A DNA stretch of 64,000 bases from positions 32,001-96,000 of the IMG/VR virus record IMGVR_UViG_3300037249_000541. One strand, 5' to 3'. The notes below the pieces were generated by a model. That model had not been told where the DNA came from. It made no database searches and saw only the letters and a list, made by a program, of their open reading frames with translations. The DNA is from a virus (Duplodnaviria > Caudoviricetes). This document shows, piece after piece, positions 39,835-50,416 of this stretch; within the stretch, counting starts at the first letter, position 1; each line of letters opens with the position of its first letter. A program made the position numbers and the translations under genes.

Positions 39835-40710
39835 TTATTTATATGCCCATGTTTTTAGCTGCTTGAACGATATACCAAGCGAATAGTCTGCTTCTGTGTA
39901 AAATTTTACATTCGTTGCAAACATTTCGTTGCTTTTGAAGTGAATATGTTGCGTCACGACGCCTGTGATACAAGCACCAATTCCTGCTCCTATATGGCTT
40001 GTAGCCTTGTAAGAACATGGAAGATGTGCAGCTTCGTCATCGTTAAACAAACATTTCTCTCCATACATTTTCGCTTGACTTTTGTTTGATAATCTGAAAG
40101 TAAATACTTGAAATGCATCGGCTGTCATTCTGCCATCAATAAACAAACAACCTTCTGGGTCGTTTGCGTGTTGATTACAGTATTCCTGCCAAACAAGCTT
40201 TCTTGCCTTCATACTATCAAGTGCAGTGATTGTTACTTTTGATAGAGTTTGGTTTGTGTAATACTCTGCAAAGAAACCACCTTTAACTGTTGGTACGTAC
40301 TGACTGATAATATCACGTATTGCGTCAACTTTGTAGCTACCAATGTCGCTAAGTCTGTAAAGTTGACCAGCCATATTGTGTGTCTCAATCGTATCGCCAT
40401 CAAACATAAAGATGTTTCCAGCACCAGCTCTTGCAAGTAGCAATGCAGTCCAAGAACCAATACCACCTGCCCCGACTATTGTAATAGGCATTTTTTCAAG
40501 TTCTTCTTTCCAAATTGCCTCACTAAATCGTTGCTGCGATGTATTGTCCTTGATATACGTTGATGGTACTGCAAGTTCTACTGGCTCTGGTGCTGGTGCA
40601 TCAGAAGGCTGTGCTGTTTCTGCTGTTTCAACAGGTTGTGGTTGTGTTGTTGCAGCAGGCGCAGCAGACCTTCCAAAAGTCATTCTGATACTACCATTAA
40701 TCCTTGCCAT
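39835..40710 (-). CDS. ThiF/MoeB-family E1-like activating enzyme
   Basis: GAGGIGS, D.D.IE.HN..GQ, KVDA, LDS..AR, IDGR, candidate catalytic Cys in LPCSYKAT. Confidence 0.88.
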   Translation of the reverse strand: MARINGSIRMTFGRSAAPAATTQPQPVETAETAQPSDAPAPEPVELAVPSTYIKDNTSQQRFSEAIWKEELEKMPITIVGAGGIGSWTALLLARAGAGNIFMFDGDTIETHNMAGQLYRLSDIGSYKVDAIRDIISQYVPTVKGGFFAEYYTNQTLSKVTITALDSMKARKLVWQEYCNQHANDPEGCLFIDGRMTADAFQVFTFRLSNKSQAKMYGEKCLFNDDEAAHLPCSYKATSHIGAGIGACITGVVTQHIHFKSNEMFATNVKFYTEADYSLGISFKQLKTWAYK

Positions 40711-42493
40711 TTGTTGTGTCTATTTCGTAGTTAATATAGTCAGTAATTGCTGACATAATGGCTTTTGTGTAAGGGCACTCATACTCTCCTTTGACAATGT
40801 CTTTGAGATGTTTGAATGTCGCTACGAGCAACGTTTCGAGAAGGTCATCTCTGAACGCATAGAAACCACTCCTTAGTGCCTCTATGATTCCTTTGACTGC
40901 TTCTTCGACAGTTGATTCAAGCTTTATGCCGTCATTGTTGAGACCATAACGTTTGAGTTTTCCAACATTCTTCTTGATTGCGACTTTGATATCGTAAGGG
41001 AAGATTTTCTTCGGGTCTTTCAACTCCATTATTGACAGATTGACAAGCATCAAAGAAAGCTGGCGATATTCAATCATTCCAGTATCTTCGTCATTGTCAT
41101 TTGCCGTAGTGTTGCTTGCCTCTGTTTTCTTCTCTGTATTGTTGAGGAATGTTCTCTTGTACTCCAACCAATTTTGGTAAACAGTAGCTCCGTCAGGATT
41201 ACTGTTCGGGTACTTGTTTGTCCACCATTGCCAATACTCGCCATAGTCCAAGGGTTTAGCAGCATCTACTATTCCATCGTCATACTCATCGTTGCCATAC
41301 TCATTGTTGTCGTCGTCATCAACGTATGCGTCTTCGCCAAGAATAGATAATACTGCTTTCCTAAACGATTCGCTTTCTTTATTCTTTATTGCAAGCTCTG
41401 TTACTGAGCCATAGTCTCTGAACCACTGGTCGTCACTGTATTCGTCGTAGTAGTTTTGGTACGCGTACTCTTCCCTGGAGATGTACTCTTGTCTTGACTG
41501 ATAAGGAAGTAAACTTTGCTTCCAATAATCAAAGTCAATCTCAAAACCAGCCGTATCACAGTATTGAAGATACAGACCAATCTTGTACCATTGGTCTTCT
41601 GTGAGAGCTGCTGTATTGAGTTTTCTTTCTCCGTTTTTGTCGTCTTGGTGGTAGTAGTGGAGCCAAGCTGAGTAGGCAAGACTTCCACCGTTTCTTTGGT
41701 ATTCCAAGAATTGCTCGTAGATGTTTTTCTTGTTCTTCCTACCTTTCTTGCCTTTCTTTGGCTGAAACTTTGTGAGTGTTCCATAGCCAGAGTAACCATA
41801 GTAGCTGGATTTCTTTCGTCTTTCCTCTTCTTCTTTCCTTTTACGCGCTTCTGCGAGGCTGTTGATACGGTCAACAAACTCAGCCTTCTGCGCTTCTGTC
41901 CATTCGGCTTCTGCATATTCAATGTTCTTTATGTCAAGAATTTCGAGAGCTTCAAAGTCCTTGAATGTTGTTTTTGTGTCTTGACCTTCGTTTTTCCATT
42001 TCGCAAACTCATTAGCGTACCTGTCGCCAGCAAGGACTTTTGTCTTTACTCGTTGTGTTATTCGCACTGAATAATCGCGGACTTTTCTGTCGTTATATAC
42101 GATTATTGAGAGGAAATTGGCTACATCAGGAGCTTTGCCTTCTTTCTCCATAGTATTATCATCTGTTCCTGATGGACCAATAGTATACATACCATGGTGC
42201 GAATGGAGCAAGCCCATTTGGCAGCCAAGAAGCTTTCTGTGTCTGCTGATATATGTCAAAGCATACGTATCGTCATTGTTGAATGTTGTGAAGCCAGGTG
42301 TTCCTTCTTCATCCATAATAGCAAGGTCTTCAACTACTATGGACACTTTGGAATCTTCTCCTTCACCACCTTCTACCTTTTTGTGGTAGTAGTGGTTTCC
42401 ACTCCATTCTTTGTCGGTACGCAGACTGCACATATATTCAATCTTCGCCATTACCAACGGCGAAAATTTCACTTTGATGTTTTCTGCTTTCAT
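40697..42493 (-). CDS. JAB/MPN metalloprotease domain protein with long C-terminal extension
   Basis: EWSG ... HSHH....GPSGTD (E, HxH, SxxD) JAB signature in the first ~135 aa. Confidence 0.82.
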   Translation of the reverse strand: MKAENIKVKFSPLVMAKIEYMCSLRTDKEWSGNHYYHKKVEGGEGEDSKVSIVVEDLAIMDEEGTPGFTTFNNDDTYALTYISRHRKLLGCQMGLLHSHHGMYTIGPSGTDDNTMEKEGKAPDVANFLSIIVYNDRKVRDYSVRITQRVKTKVLAGDRYANEFAKWKNEGQDTKTTFKDFEALEILDIKNIEYAEAEWTEAQKAEFVDRINSLAEARKRKEEEERRKKSSYYGYSGYGTLTKFQPKKGKKGRKNKKNIYEQFLEYQRNGGSLAYSAWLHYYHQDDKNGERKLNTAALTEDQWYKIGLYLQYCDTAGFEIDFDYWKQSLLPYQSRQEYISREEYAYQNYYDEYSDDQWFRDYGSVTELAIKNKESESFRKAVLSILGEDAYVDDDDNNEYGNDEYDDGIVDAAKPLDYGEYWQWWTNKYPNSNPDGATVYQNWLEYKRTFLNNTEKKTEASNTTANDNDEDTGMIEYRQLSLMLVNLSIMELKDPKKIFPYDIKVAIKKNVGKLKRYGLNNDGIKLESTVEEAVKGIIEALRSGFYAFRDDLLETLLVATFKHLKDIVKGEYECPYTKAIMSAITDYINYEIDTTNGKD

Positions 42494-43935
42494 TTTGTGT
42501 TGTTTATATTTACTATTTGCAATATGCCAAGTTTAATCATCGCATATACATTTGGGTGTAGTACAAGTATTGAATTATTATCTTGATTGTCGCTGAGTTT
42601 TACCTTGTATTCTTTACCATTAAAATTAAGATGATTCTGGCACGCTTCAACGCGTGCAATAAAATCTGAGTCAAACGAACGTCCTGCTGACATTATCAAT
42701 TTATTCATAGTAGAATCAAAGGTTACTCTTGTCGTACAAGATTTTGGGACAACTCCTAATCTTTTGGTACAAAGATGATATAAATTTGTAAAATGCAAAA
42801 CCAAGTCAGATTCAGTATTGGCAAAATTGATTATCTTGCCATTAGAATAGAACTTGACGAATCCATGAATTTGATTTTCATCGAATATGTCTTTTATTGA
42901 AACTCCAATTGTTTTGAAACACAATGAATTCAATTTGTCATATTCTCTTTCGGTATTGCTGTATTTTGCATTTTCCAAATAGTCTTCTCCACCAGTAGAA
43001 TTATTAATTTCAGTCATATACATATATGGGCCACCCAATGATGACTCAACTGATATGTAATTGTCTATATGAGAAAACCACATACGTATATATGAATCTG
43101 GAATTATATGCCATCCATCCAATCTACCTTGTTTGAATGAGTTTTCTACGTTGGTTACGTAGTCCACTATTGGTGAGTCTTCGCCAACACACTGCGCCTT
43201 GAACAAGAGAAATTTCTTTATCGCAGAGTCGCTATGACCTTCCAATCTTGGTCTATGACTGTGTACATAGTTAGATGTTAACTGAGCCTTTGTATAAGTA
43301 GCTTTTGTCCCAAATAATCCTATTTGAAAATGTTGATGTGTCATGTTTGGTGATGCAATCATTCCATTAGTTGTGTTAAACCGTAGGAAATAATCTTGTA
43401 GATGTACACTCAACTTTTCATTCTCATTAGATGTTACCGTTATTTCTGGATAATGAATATACACAAATTGTTCGTTGTAGTAGTAGTCGGTATCCAGAGG
43501 AAGGTCTATCTCTACTGATGGGATTATTGTTCCATACAAGTCACGGCATTTACGGTACATTAGGTCATTGAAATCTTTTGCCATAAGCAATATAATTGAT
43601 GCATCTACTTTTTTGTCTCTTACATCATTTATGACATATTCAAAAACCTTAATAGGAGCTTCTATGGGCAGACTTGTACATTCATACATTTCACGAAATT
43701 TTGCTTTACAAGCAAATCCGTAAGAACAAGTTGATACTAAATCTCGTCCAATTCCTTGGTTTCTGCCCGTTAAGAAATCAATGAATAACTTCTTATACTC
43801 TTTATCTGTAACGTTAGTCGCTACATTTTCTTCCCCGTATTTACGCTTGGCAAGTTGCACGATTCGTCTGGTTTCGTATGTTGCACACATCCATACTAAT
43901 CGAGCAATTCCTTCTTCTGATTTAAGATGATTCAT
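42490..43935 (-). CDS. Prokaryotic E2-like conjugating enzyme
   Basis: Y.HSH followed by Cys in QCVG..SPI; located between Ubl-like and JAB genes. Confidence 0.6.
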   Translation of the reverse strand: MNHLKSEEGIARLVWMCATYETRRIVQLAKRKYGEENVATNVTDKEYKKLFIDFLTGRNQGIGRDLVSTCSYGFACKAKFREMYECTSLPIEAPIKVFEYVINDVRDKKVDASIILLMAKDFNDLMYRKCRDLYGTIIPSVEIDLPLDTDYYYNEQFVYIHYPEITVTSNENEKLSVHLQDYFLRFNTTNGMIASPNMTHQHFQIGLFGTKATYTKAQLTSNYVHSHRPRLEGHSDSAIKKFLLFKAQCVGEDSPIVDYVTNVENSFKQGRLDGWHIIPDSYIRMWFSHIDNYISVESSLGGPYMYMTEINNSTGGEDYLENAKYSNTEREYDKLNSLCFKTIGVSIKDIFDENQIHGFVKFYSNGKIINFANTESDLVLHFTNLYHLCTKRLGVVPKSCTTRVTFDSTMNKLIMSAGRSFDSDFIARVEACQNHLNFNGKEYKVKLSDNQDNNSILVLHPNVYAMIKLGILQIVNINNTK

Positions 43936-44005
43936 ATCTTTTTAATACGGAAAGGGTGAACTCACTTTCGTGAATCCACCCAAAAGATGAAACAGATAGA
44001 TTTGA

Positions 44006-44746
44006 TTAGTTGTTCCTTGTTTGAGCAAAGATGCGCTTGCCAGGAACGTATTCTTCCTTGCTGCTGCCAGTCGTGTTAGCGTTGGTATTGTAGTTGGTAC
44101 TCAACCTTGAAACTTGTTCAGAGAGCTTTCCAATCGCCGTAGCGAAATTCCTGTTTTGTTCGAGCATTGCTTCTGTTAGCTTGTTGAGCTGAGCTACGAG
44201 AGGGTCTCCTTCTTCTTTCTTCTTCTTCTCAACAAGTTTTTCTACTTGGGATTCGTTGATAAACTTCCTGAGCGTGTTGAGACCAGCTGCTTCTGGCTGA
44301 ATTCCATACTTTGCGACAAATTTGTCAACATCACCACGGTTGTTGATGATTGCGCAGCACTCTTCGATGTTGTTCATAGACAGTGCGCACACCGCAATAC
44401 CACTGTTGTAGAGCTTCCTTGATTCCGAGAGAGTCACATACAAGTATGGACCATCATCATCTTGAAGATGCTCATCAACGTAGTCTTGGTCTACGATGTT
44501 GTCGAAACGACTGTCATTAACATCGAGAATATCGCAGCTCTTTTCAAACAACGGTACAGTATTGGTTAATACACCGTGAGTGTCTGTTGTGAACTGGAAC
44601 TTGTCAACATCTGAATTTCTTAATTCTGTGTTGCCGATGATGTCGCGTTTCAACTCTGCGATTGTTGAGGCTTGCGACATGATTGCTACGTGTCCGTCTG
44701 GAATGGCAGGACAATTGATTACGATAGGTCGTGCTTTTGCGTACAT
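44006..44746 (-). CDS. Ubiquitin-like domain protein with C-terminal extension
   Basis: I.S.ASTIAELK.DI beta-grasp-like start; RKLYNSG (Gly116) candidate processing site; first gene of the E2-JAB-E1 block. Confidence 0.55.
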   Translation of the reverse strand: MYAKARPIVINCPAIPDGHVAIMSQASTIAELKRDIIGNTELRNSDVDKFQFTTDTHGVLTNTVPLFEKSCDILDVNDSRFDNIVDQDYVDEHLQDDDGPYLYVTLSESRKLYNSGIAVCALSMNNIEECCAIINNRGDVDKFVAKYGIQPEAAGLNTLRKFINESQVEKLVEKKKKEEGDPLVAQLNKLTEAMLEQNRNFATAIGKLSEQVSRLSTNYNTNANTTGSSKEEYVPGKRIFAQTRNN

Positions 44747-44760
44747 TTTTTAATTGTTTT

Positions 44761-44970
44761 TTAAAGTTTTATTACTTCTCCAAGTTTGTGCTTGGAATTG
44801 TTAGAAAACGGGAAAACGTATGATACTGCCATGTAACCGAGGTCTTTTGCATAAGCTATAACCTTTTTGTTCATTTCGTTCACACTGTCGCCCTTAGAAA
44901 AAAAGTTTTTAGGGAGTTTGATTTTCTTTGTCTCTTTATCCCTCTTCATTGTGAGTGTTATCCCTTCCAT
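44761..44970 (-). CDS. Hypothetical protein
   Basis: 69 aa ORF. Confidence 0.4.
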   Translation of the reverse strand: MEGITLTMKRDKETKKIKLPKNFFSKGDSVNEMNKKVIAYAKDLGYMAVSYVFPFSNNSKHKLGEVIKL

Positions 44971-45931
44971 TTTTAGCGTGTATTAATTTGTTAAACATAT
45001 TTATAAAGGGGGTTTGACCATTCAGCTTGTAATAGTCTGATACGTCCTTACCCCCTTCAAAGGGTGGGATAACAATGTTTTCGATATTGTATTTGTCAGA
45101 CAAATGTGAAGAATATTCCAATCCTTTTTTATCATTATCATAGAGTATTCTAAATCTTGCATTAGGAAACATCTTTTTCAAATATTCAAAAGGTATGTCA
45201 TATCCTTCACCTTGTGGTGCAATACAATGTACTTGCAGATTTCCCCAAAGACATAATGCGTCTTTGACACTGCTACAAATTATGATATCACCAACATCCC
45301 TATTCACAGCATATGTTAGAGACATAGTGTCTTTGGGGTAGTTGTTAAACCACTTATGGCCGTCGCTGTTTAATGGCTGATAAATCTTATGGTAAATCTC
45401 ACCATTCCGTTCTTCCACATAGGTATAAGCAAACTTATCTGCACGGAAAACATTTTCGTTTATCCAATAATAATCTATGGGGTAGATGTCAAATTGTTTT
45501 AAAAATTCTAAATCTACTCCATAGGTCTGCCAATACTCTTTGTCATATGTTTCAAACCCCCTAACTCGGACTTGAATCACGTTTGGATGCTTTTGTTCTT
45601 TTTTAACATAAGTTGTCTTATGTTGATATGTATGAGAAGTTGGTTTTACTTTAAAATCTTTCGCTATCATAGACAGCGCGTCTTTTATCGTAATTCCAAA
45701 TTTCTTGCATATCATATCAAGAACATCACCATACTCACCAGTAGAGAAATCCTTATATGTAATCTTTCCTGTCTTTGATGTAAGACTGAAAGAAGGATGT
45801 CTATCTGGTCTTAATGGTGAATTTGTTACACCCATTCTCGTAATACCAAAATAATAGCTTAACAGTTCGTAATCGCTTACGTAACTATTAAGCGTATTAG
45901 TATCTAATAGTATTCGGGGTTTAGCGAACAT
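44936..45931 (-). CDS. dnaG: DNA primase (TOPRIM)
   Basis: SPLR.D..PSF, YKDFSTG..GD, I.SS.KDA, YDND..G, KDVSDY motifs. Confidence 0.85.
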   Translation of the reverse strand: MFAKPRILLDTNTLNSYVSDYELLSYYFGITRMGVTNSPLRPDRHPSFSLTSKTGKITYKDFSTGEYGDVLDMICKKFGITIKDALSMIAKDFKVKPTSHTYQHKTTYVKKEQKHPNVIQVRVRGFETYDKEYWQTYGVDLEFLKQFDIYPIDYYWINENVFRADKFAYTYVEERNGEIYHKIYQPLNSDGHKWFNNYPKDTMSLTYAVNRDVGDIIICSSVKDALCLWGNLQVHCIAPQGEGYDIPFEYLKKMFPNARFRILYDNDKKGLEYSSHLSDKYNIENIVIPPFEGGKDVSDYYKLNGQTPFINMFNKLIHAKNGRDNTHNEEG

Positions 45932-45934
45932 TTT

Positions 45935-46840
45935 TTAGAACGGAAGGTCGTTGTCTGGTTTCTTGATGTCGTTCTTCGTGGTTATCTTCGTTGGGCTAAC
46001 CTCATACTTTACAAGGTTTGCCAAAACGTGTCCTTCGTAAAGGATGTCAGTACCTTGTATGGGGTTCTTTGCCCAATCGGCTTCGATTCCATTGAAGTTC
46101 TTGAAGTTCGACTTTTTGATTGCATAGATGGACTGATAATCGCCCTTATCGGTATGTCTGATACCGAATATAAGCAATACATCATTAGAACCTTCCAATG
46201 CTTTCTTGATGGTCTTGACGTCGCCTTTGCAAAGAGCGATGAGTTCGGCAGGCTCGAAGTAGCAAAGGTATTCATCTTCGTTAGCCTTGATTTCCTCATC
46301 AGTAAGGTCGCGATACGAATTGTCCGCCAATCTTACAGATAAGTTTTTCAAGCCAAGATGAGCCTTCATTAACTCGATTACCTCTTCTTCACCCTTAACG
46401 GCAGCACGGTATTCCTTGCTGATACGAGCTGGACCAGTAGAATACTGAGGAATTACTCCTGCTTTGTATTCGTCTGGTGTAGCCCACGCGAACCTACCAT
46501 AGTGGTCGCATATCTGAATCTTACCAGTCCTGCTACCAACATAGGCACTGTTGGAAATCCACACCTTATACGCTACGTACTTCTTCTCTCCTTCAAAGTC
46601 GAAAGAGTACCAAAATTCGAGAGCATTCTGGGTGCCGTTGCTTTCCTTGCCGTTGACGTCTATTACCTTCGTTTCCGAAACATAGACTTTCTCCTTATCA
46701 AGATTTATTCCGATTTTTGCCAGCTCTTCCTTTGTCGGATTAACGAATTCAAGGTGAGCTATTGTTGAGCCAAGAAACTTCTCAATTGGTGCTGCTTCAC
46801 GCACTTCTTGAGACTTGGCGAAAGCCATGAGATTTAACAT
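45935..46840 (-). CDS. Putative single-stranded DNA-binding protein (crAss-type)
   Basis: VNPTKEEL, Q..D.YGR.AW, YR.A..GEE motifs; acidic DNDLPF C-terminal tip. Confidence 0.65.
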   Translation of the reverse strand: MLNLMAFAKSQEVREAAPIEKFLGSTIAHLEFVNPTKEELAKIGINLDKEKVYVSETKVIDVNGKESNGTQNALEFWYSFDFEGEKKYVAYKVWISNSAYVGSRTGKIQICDHYGRFAWATPDEYKAGVIPQYSTGPARISKEYRAAVKGEEEVIELMKAHLGLKNLSVRLADNSYRDLTDEEIKANEDEYLCYFEPAELIALCKGDVKTIKKALEGSNDVLLIFGIRHTDKGDYQSIYAIKKSNFKNFNGIEADWAKNPIQGTDILYEGHVLANLVKYEVSPTKITTKNDIKKPDNDLPF

Positions 46841-47230
46841 TTATTCTTGGAAGTTTTGATTGTTATTACTTACCTCAGCTGCCTCCTCGACAGCTTCGGT
46901 GTTTGCTGTTGTCGGGTCTGCTGTGGGAAGATACGTGTCGTACTTCCATTGCACTGCGTTCTTGTAGATGGTTTTGCCATCCTTTTCGCCAGTAGGAACT
47001 TTAACGATGTTAAACAAATCTTTAAAGCCATACTGAGTGCCTGTCTTAGTTGCAATCAATTGGTCGGTTGCTTTAAGACTTTCCTTGATTGCATCTACTT
47101 TTTCTTGTTGCCTTTTGAGCTTTGCTTCTTCGTTAGCCAACTGAGTTCTTTCGGTAATTGAAGATTCAGCTACCTTCTTTACAGAGTTAGCTACCATTGC
47201 AGGCAAAAGTTTTTCTGTTTTGTTATCCAT
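46841..47230 (-). CDS. Hypothetical protein
   Basis: 129 aa ORF in replication block. Confidence 0.5.
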   Translation of the reverse strand: MDNKTEKLLPAMVANSVKKVAESSITERTQLANEEAKLKRQQEKVDAIKESLKATDQLIATKTGTQYGFKDLFNIVKVPTGEKDGKTIYKNAVQWKYDTYLPTADPTTANTEAVEEAAEVSNNNQNFQE

Positions 47231-47242
47231 TTTTGTGTGTTT

Positions 47243-47926
47243 TTAATAGTAATTATTCATTGCCTCAACAACATCGCCAAGGCTATTAGGTATGAATATC
47301 TCGTCAAACATTCCTGCTGGTGATTTTGCAGGGATTTCCACTCCACCTTCAACCATACAACGGTTGGTGTAGAATCCGTACTCTGGAACGCCATCGTGAT
47401 ACCTTACGGCACTGAACAGCGCAATAGATACTATCTCCATAGGATTAAACTTTTCGTCGAGCAACTTGCCAACGGTAGACAGTTTATAGCCTATTAGAGA
47501 GCCATCTGAGAACACAGGTTCTGTGTGGAGCATCATAAAGACATTGAGGTCGCTTCTGAGAGAACCACAAGTCTCAATGACTTCCTTGAAGTGTTGTGCA
47601 AGCTCGGTGAACTTGCCAAAGCCAATTTCTTTCGCTCTGTCAAAGAACTCTCCACGCATAATGTAAATAGCATCATCAATGACGATGTTCTTTACTGATT
47701 CGTTCTTCTCTGAAATGTTTTTCAAATAAGAACATATTGTAGCGTAGTTCTTCAAGTTGAACAAATTCTTTCTGTCGGCATTATAGTCGCCTTTGCTGCC
47801 CTTCCAAGGAAGGTTTCCCTTACCTTCATTCACCTGGAAGATGATAGTTTCTTCGGGGTTCAGTGTGGCAATAGATGAAGTCTTGCCAGTACCAGTAGCC
47901 CCTGCTATGATTATAACTGTAGCCAT
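47243..47926 (-). CDS. AAA_24/Sak4-like ATPase
   Basis: GATGTGKTSS, IVIDD, AKSP.GMF motifs. Confidence 0.8.
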   Translation of the reverse strand: MATVIIIAGATGTGKTSSIATLNPEETIIFQVNEGKGNLPWKGSKGDYNADRKNLFNLKNYATICSYLKNISEKNESVKNIVIDDAIYIMRGEFFDRAKEIGFGKFTELAQHFKEVIETCGSLRSDLNVFMMLHTEPVFSDGSLIGYKLSTVGKLLDEKFNPMEIVSIALFSAVRYHDGVPEYGFYTNRCMVEGGVEIPAKSPAGMFDEIFIPNSLGDVVEAMNNYY

Positions 47927-49164
47927 TCTTTGAGATTAATGAAAATGTTTGCAAATTTAGGAATTTTTCTTTTATTTACCATAGTGGATAATAATAATTT
48001 TCCACGATTTCCATAAAAGTTTCTTTTGTATTCCTCTTTGAGTTTTAGCAAATCTTCATATAATCTTTCTAAGCCAGCCTTATCAGTATATTCGGGCATC
48101 TCCTTGAATACAGAAGATTCGCCGATAAACAGAAGAGGTTCACATAGATTGATGGCTCCATTATCTCTATCTTCTTTTATGAAGAAGAATCTGATGTTAT
48201 CTCTCCATTTTTGGATGTCATAACCCATAAACTCCTTCATTTCATATTTGAATGGAGACATTAATCCACACAAGAGAGTTAGGTCTTTTGAAGTTGATTT
48301 GTTTTTATCAAGTCCTTCTGCACTTGGTACAACATCATTGTTTTGACGTCTTAAAAGAGACTCTTTTTCTTGAGCTTGATGCTGAACTGCAATTACCAAA
48401 AATCCCATTTTTGAGAGTTTGATGAAGTTTTTTGAACAATCTTCAATCTCTTTATATATAGTGGAATTATTTGGAATTGCAAGATTAGCATAGTTATCTA
48501 AGATAACCATAGGCATAAGAGTATCATCGTCCCAAGTAAAAGGATTGTTTTCATCGACCACTTCTTCTTCTATGAAGCATCTCATAGTCGGATTCCAAAC
48601 CTTCTTCTTGACCTTGTTGTAATGACCGTGCTGCTCTGCATATCGTAATGCAGCTTCATAAATCTCTTCTTTTGAAGAGATACAGAACCCAGTATATGGG
48701 TCTGTAGGGAATTCAACGTTATCAAGGAACGCATTGATATAGCGTTGATATGGTTCTGATTTAAGTTTATCAAATATCCAAGAAGGTGCAGATATTCCTT
48801 TTGTAGTAGATTTGATAATCTTGTTATCTACAATCATATTATCAACTGCATAGAACAAATAGTTATACAGTGATATTCTTTTCTTTTGTGGAGATTCCTC
48901 TAAAGAAAAGTAGAGGATATGTGGCTTTATTTTCTTATCTTCAAGAATGAGGTCTAATGATTTATATACAAATACATAGTCAACAAACTTGGATTTGCCT
49001 ACCTTTTGGTTGGCAGTAACTATAATGTAGTTGCCCCTCTCGAAACCTGGAAAGCGTTCCTCTCCTCGTGGAAATGGAAATGGCAAACAGTTATAATAAC
49101 CACTGTCATTCCTATCCTTACGCTCTTCAAGAAACGCTAAATCCTGCTCGAATATCAGGTTCAC
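47911..49164 (-). CDS. dnaB: DnaB-like replicative helicase
   Basis: A.QKVGKS Walker A, YFSLEES, VILDN, VQHQ, K.R motifs. Confidence 0.8.
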   Translation of the reverse strand: MNLIFEQDLAFLEERKDRNDSGYYNCLPFPFPRGEERFPGFERGNYIIVTANQKVGKSKFVDYVFVYKSLDLILEDKKIKPHILYFSLEESPQKKRISLYNYLFYAVDNMIVDNKIIKSTTKGISAPSWIFDKLKSEPYQRYINAFLDNVEFPTDPYTGFCISSKEEIYEAALRYAEQHGHYNKVKKKVWNPTMRCFIEEEVVDENNPFTWDDDTLMPMVILDNYANLAIPNNSTIYKEIEDCSKNFIKLSKMGFLVIAVQHQAQEKESLLRRQNNDVVPSAEGLDKNKSTSKDLTLLCGLMSPFKYEMKEFMGYDIQKWRDNIRFFFIKEDRDNGAINLCEPLLFIGESSVFKEMPEYTDKAGLERLYEDLLKLKEEYKRNFYGNRGKLLLSTMVNKRKIPKFANIFINLKEWLQL

Positions 49165-49661
49165 TTATAAAGCCAATTAGTGTCTTGCTGTTGTTCGTCG
49201 CCTTGCTCCATATCCAAATAATCGAGTAAATCCGAATGGAATCCACCTTCTTCTTTCCATATAAAGTAAGGCAACACGCGTTTGTACGTCTTGTCAATGC
49301 AGTCAATATATCTGCGTGTCGCATCAACAATCTGTTCATCGGTATAGGAAGACAAGTCTATCCTGTCCGACATAAGACGTTTTTCAATGAGTTGTACTGA
49401 ACCAGTCCAAGGTTTACTCGTACTTCCGATGTTTTTTTGACCGATACATCCATATTCTTTGTATGTATTAATCATTCTTTGAGCAACATCTTTAAAGTTT
49501 CGTTTAGGTTTCTTTTCAAGATTGCTCAAATCAAGAATAATACAATTAAAGTATGGAGTATAGTCTGGTCTGTCTTTACATACAATATTCCTCAAACCAG
49601 TCAACTCAGTGATAACGTCTGACAACGTTTTCAAGGCTAAATAAAAAAGGCAGATAATCAT
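49161..49661 (-). CDS. Hypothetical protein upstream of helicase
   Basis: I..ATRRYI..L.YFIWK motif; true start probably internal. Confidence 0.45.
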   Translation of the reverse strand: MIICLFYLALKTLSDVITELTGLRNIVCKDRPDYTPYFNCIILDLSNLEKKPKRNFKDVAQRMINTYKEYGCIGQKNIGSTSKPWTGSVQLIEKRLMSDRIDLSSYTDEQIVDATRRYIDCIDKTYKRVLPYFIWKEEGGFHSDLLDYLDMEQGDEQQQDTNWLYK

Positions 49662-49764
49662 TGTTCCACCGCGTTACATAAGTAAGTTGGTAAAATAATG
49701 ATTATCCGCCTAATCTTGAAAATGCTATTTAAATAGCCTGGAAAAATTGCGTTGTTACGCTTGT

Positions 49765-50220
49765 TTAGAAGTCTTCGCCTTCTGCAATTGCCTGCTGCTG
49801 GTCGATGTATGCCTGAAGCTGTTCAGGAGACATCTTGGTGAGCAACTGAGCTTCTGCCTTCTCTTTCTGCTCCTTAGCGAGTTCGACATTGCGCTGCGCC
49901 TTACGCTTCCTCTCGGCAGCGTCAGCTTGCTCTTTCTTGCTGTCGTAGATGCCTTTGATTACTTCAAAGGTGAACTTGTCCTTCTTTGAAGCCTTGCTAT
50001 CCTCGACGAAATAGCTTGTCGTGCCGTTTGCGTCAGAGATTTTCTTCTCATAACGCTTGCCGATAGCGGCAATTGTGGGGAGAGATTCGTCAACCAAGTC
50101 CTGTACGGGCATGAATTCGCCGTCTGCGGTTTCTACTTGGAGGTGCATCTCAACTGCTTTCTGGAAGGGAGATACTGTTGTCTGTGCAGCTGCTGCTGCG
50201 ATTGTTGCTGTTTCAGCCAT
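49765..50220 (-). CDS. Coiled-coil protein (possible paralog of 57169-57660)
   Basis: Ends in M(S/T)PEQ like the 57169 ORF; flanks the RNA array. Confidence 0.55.
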   Translation of the reverse strand: MAETATIAAAAAQTTVSPFQKAVEMHLQVETADGEFMPVQDLVDESLPTIAAIGKRYEKKISDANGTTSYFVEDSKASKKDKFTFEVIKGIYDSKKEQADAAERKRKAQRNVELAKEQKEKAEAQLLTKMSPEQLQAYIDQQQAIAEGEDF

Positions 50221-50282
50221 AATTGATTGATTTATTAATTAATTAATAATACACCGTCTTTGGTTGGACGTGTGTTTTGTTT

Positions 50283-50412
50283 TGACACTTTACATTCTCT
50301 TTTTTCTCCATTGGACCAGTGTGGAATTGAACCACAGACGCAAGGATTTCAACCCTTCGCTCTACCTGCTGAGCTACCAGCCCCTAAAAGAGAATTATAA
50401 TTGTAAGTGTCA
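50283..50412 (-). ncRNA. ACAA-module RNA enclosing a whole Phe-like tRNA
   Basis: TGACACTT-ACAA..ATTCTCTTTT-[tRNA 50312-50383, anticodon arm AAGGG-TTGAAA-TCCTT with 6-nt loop]-AAAAGAGAAT..AAGTGTCA. Confidence 0.75.
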
Positions 50413-50416
50413 TTTG

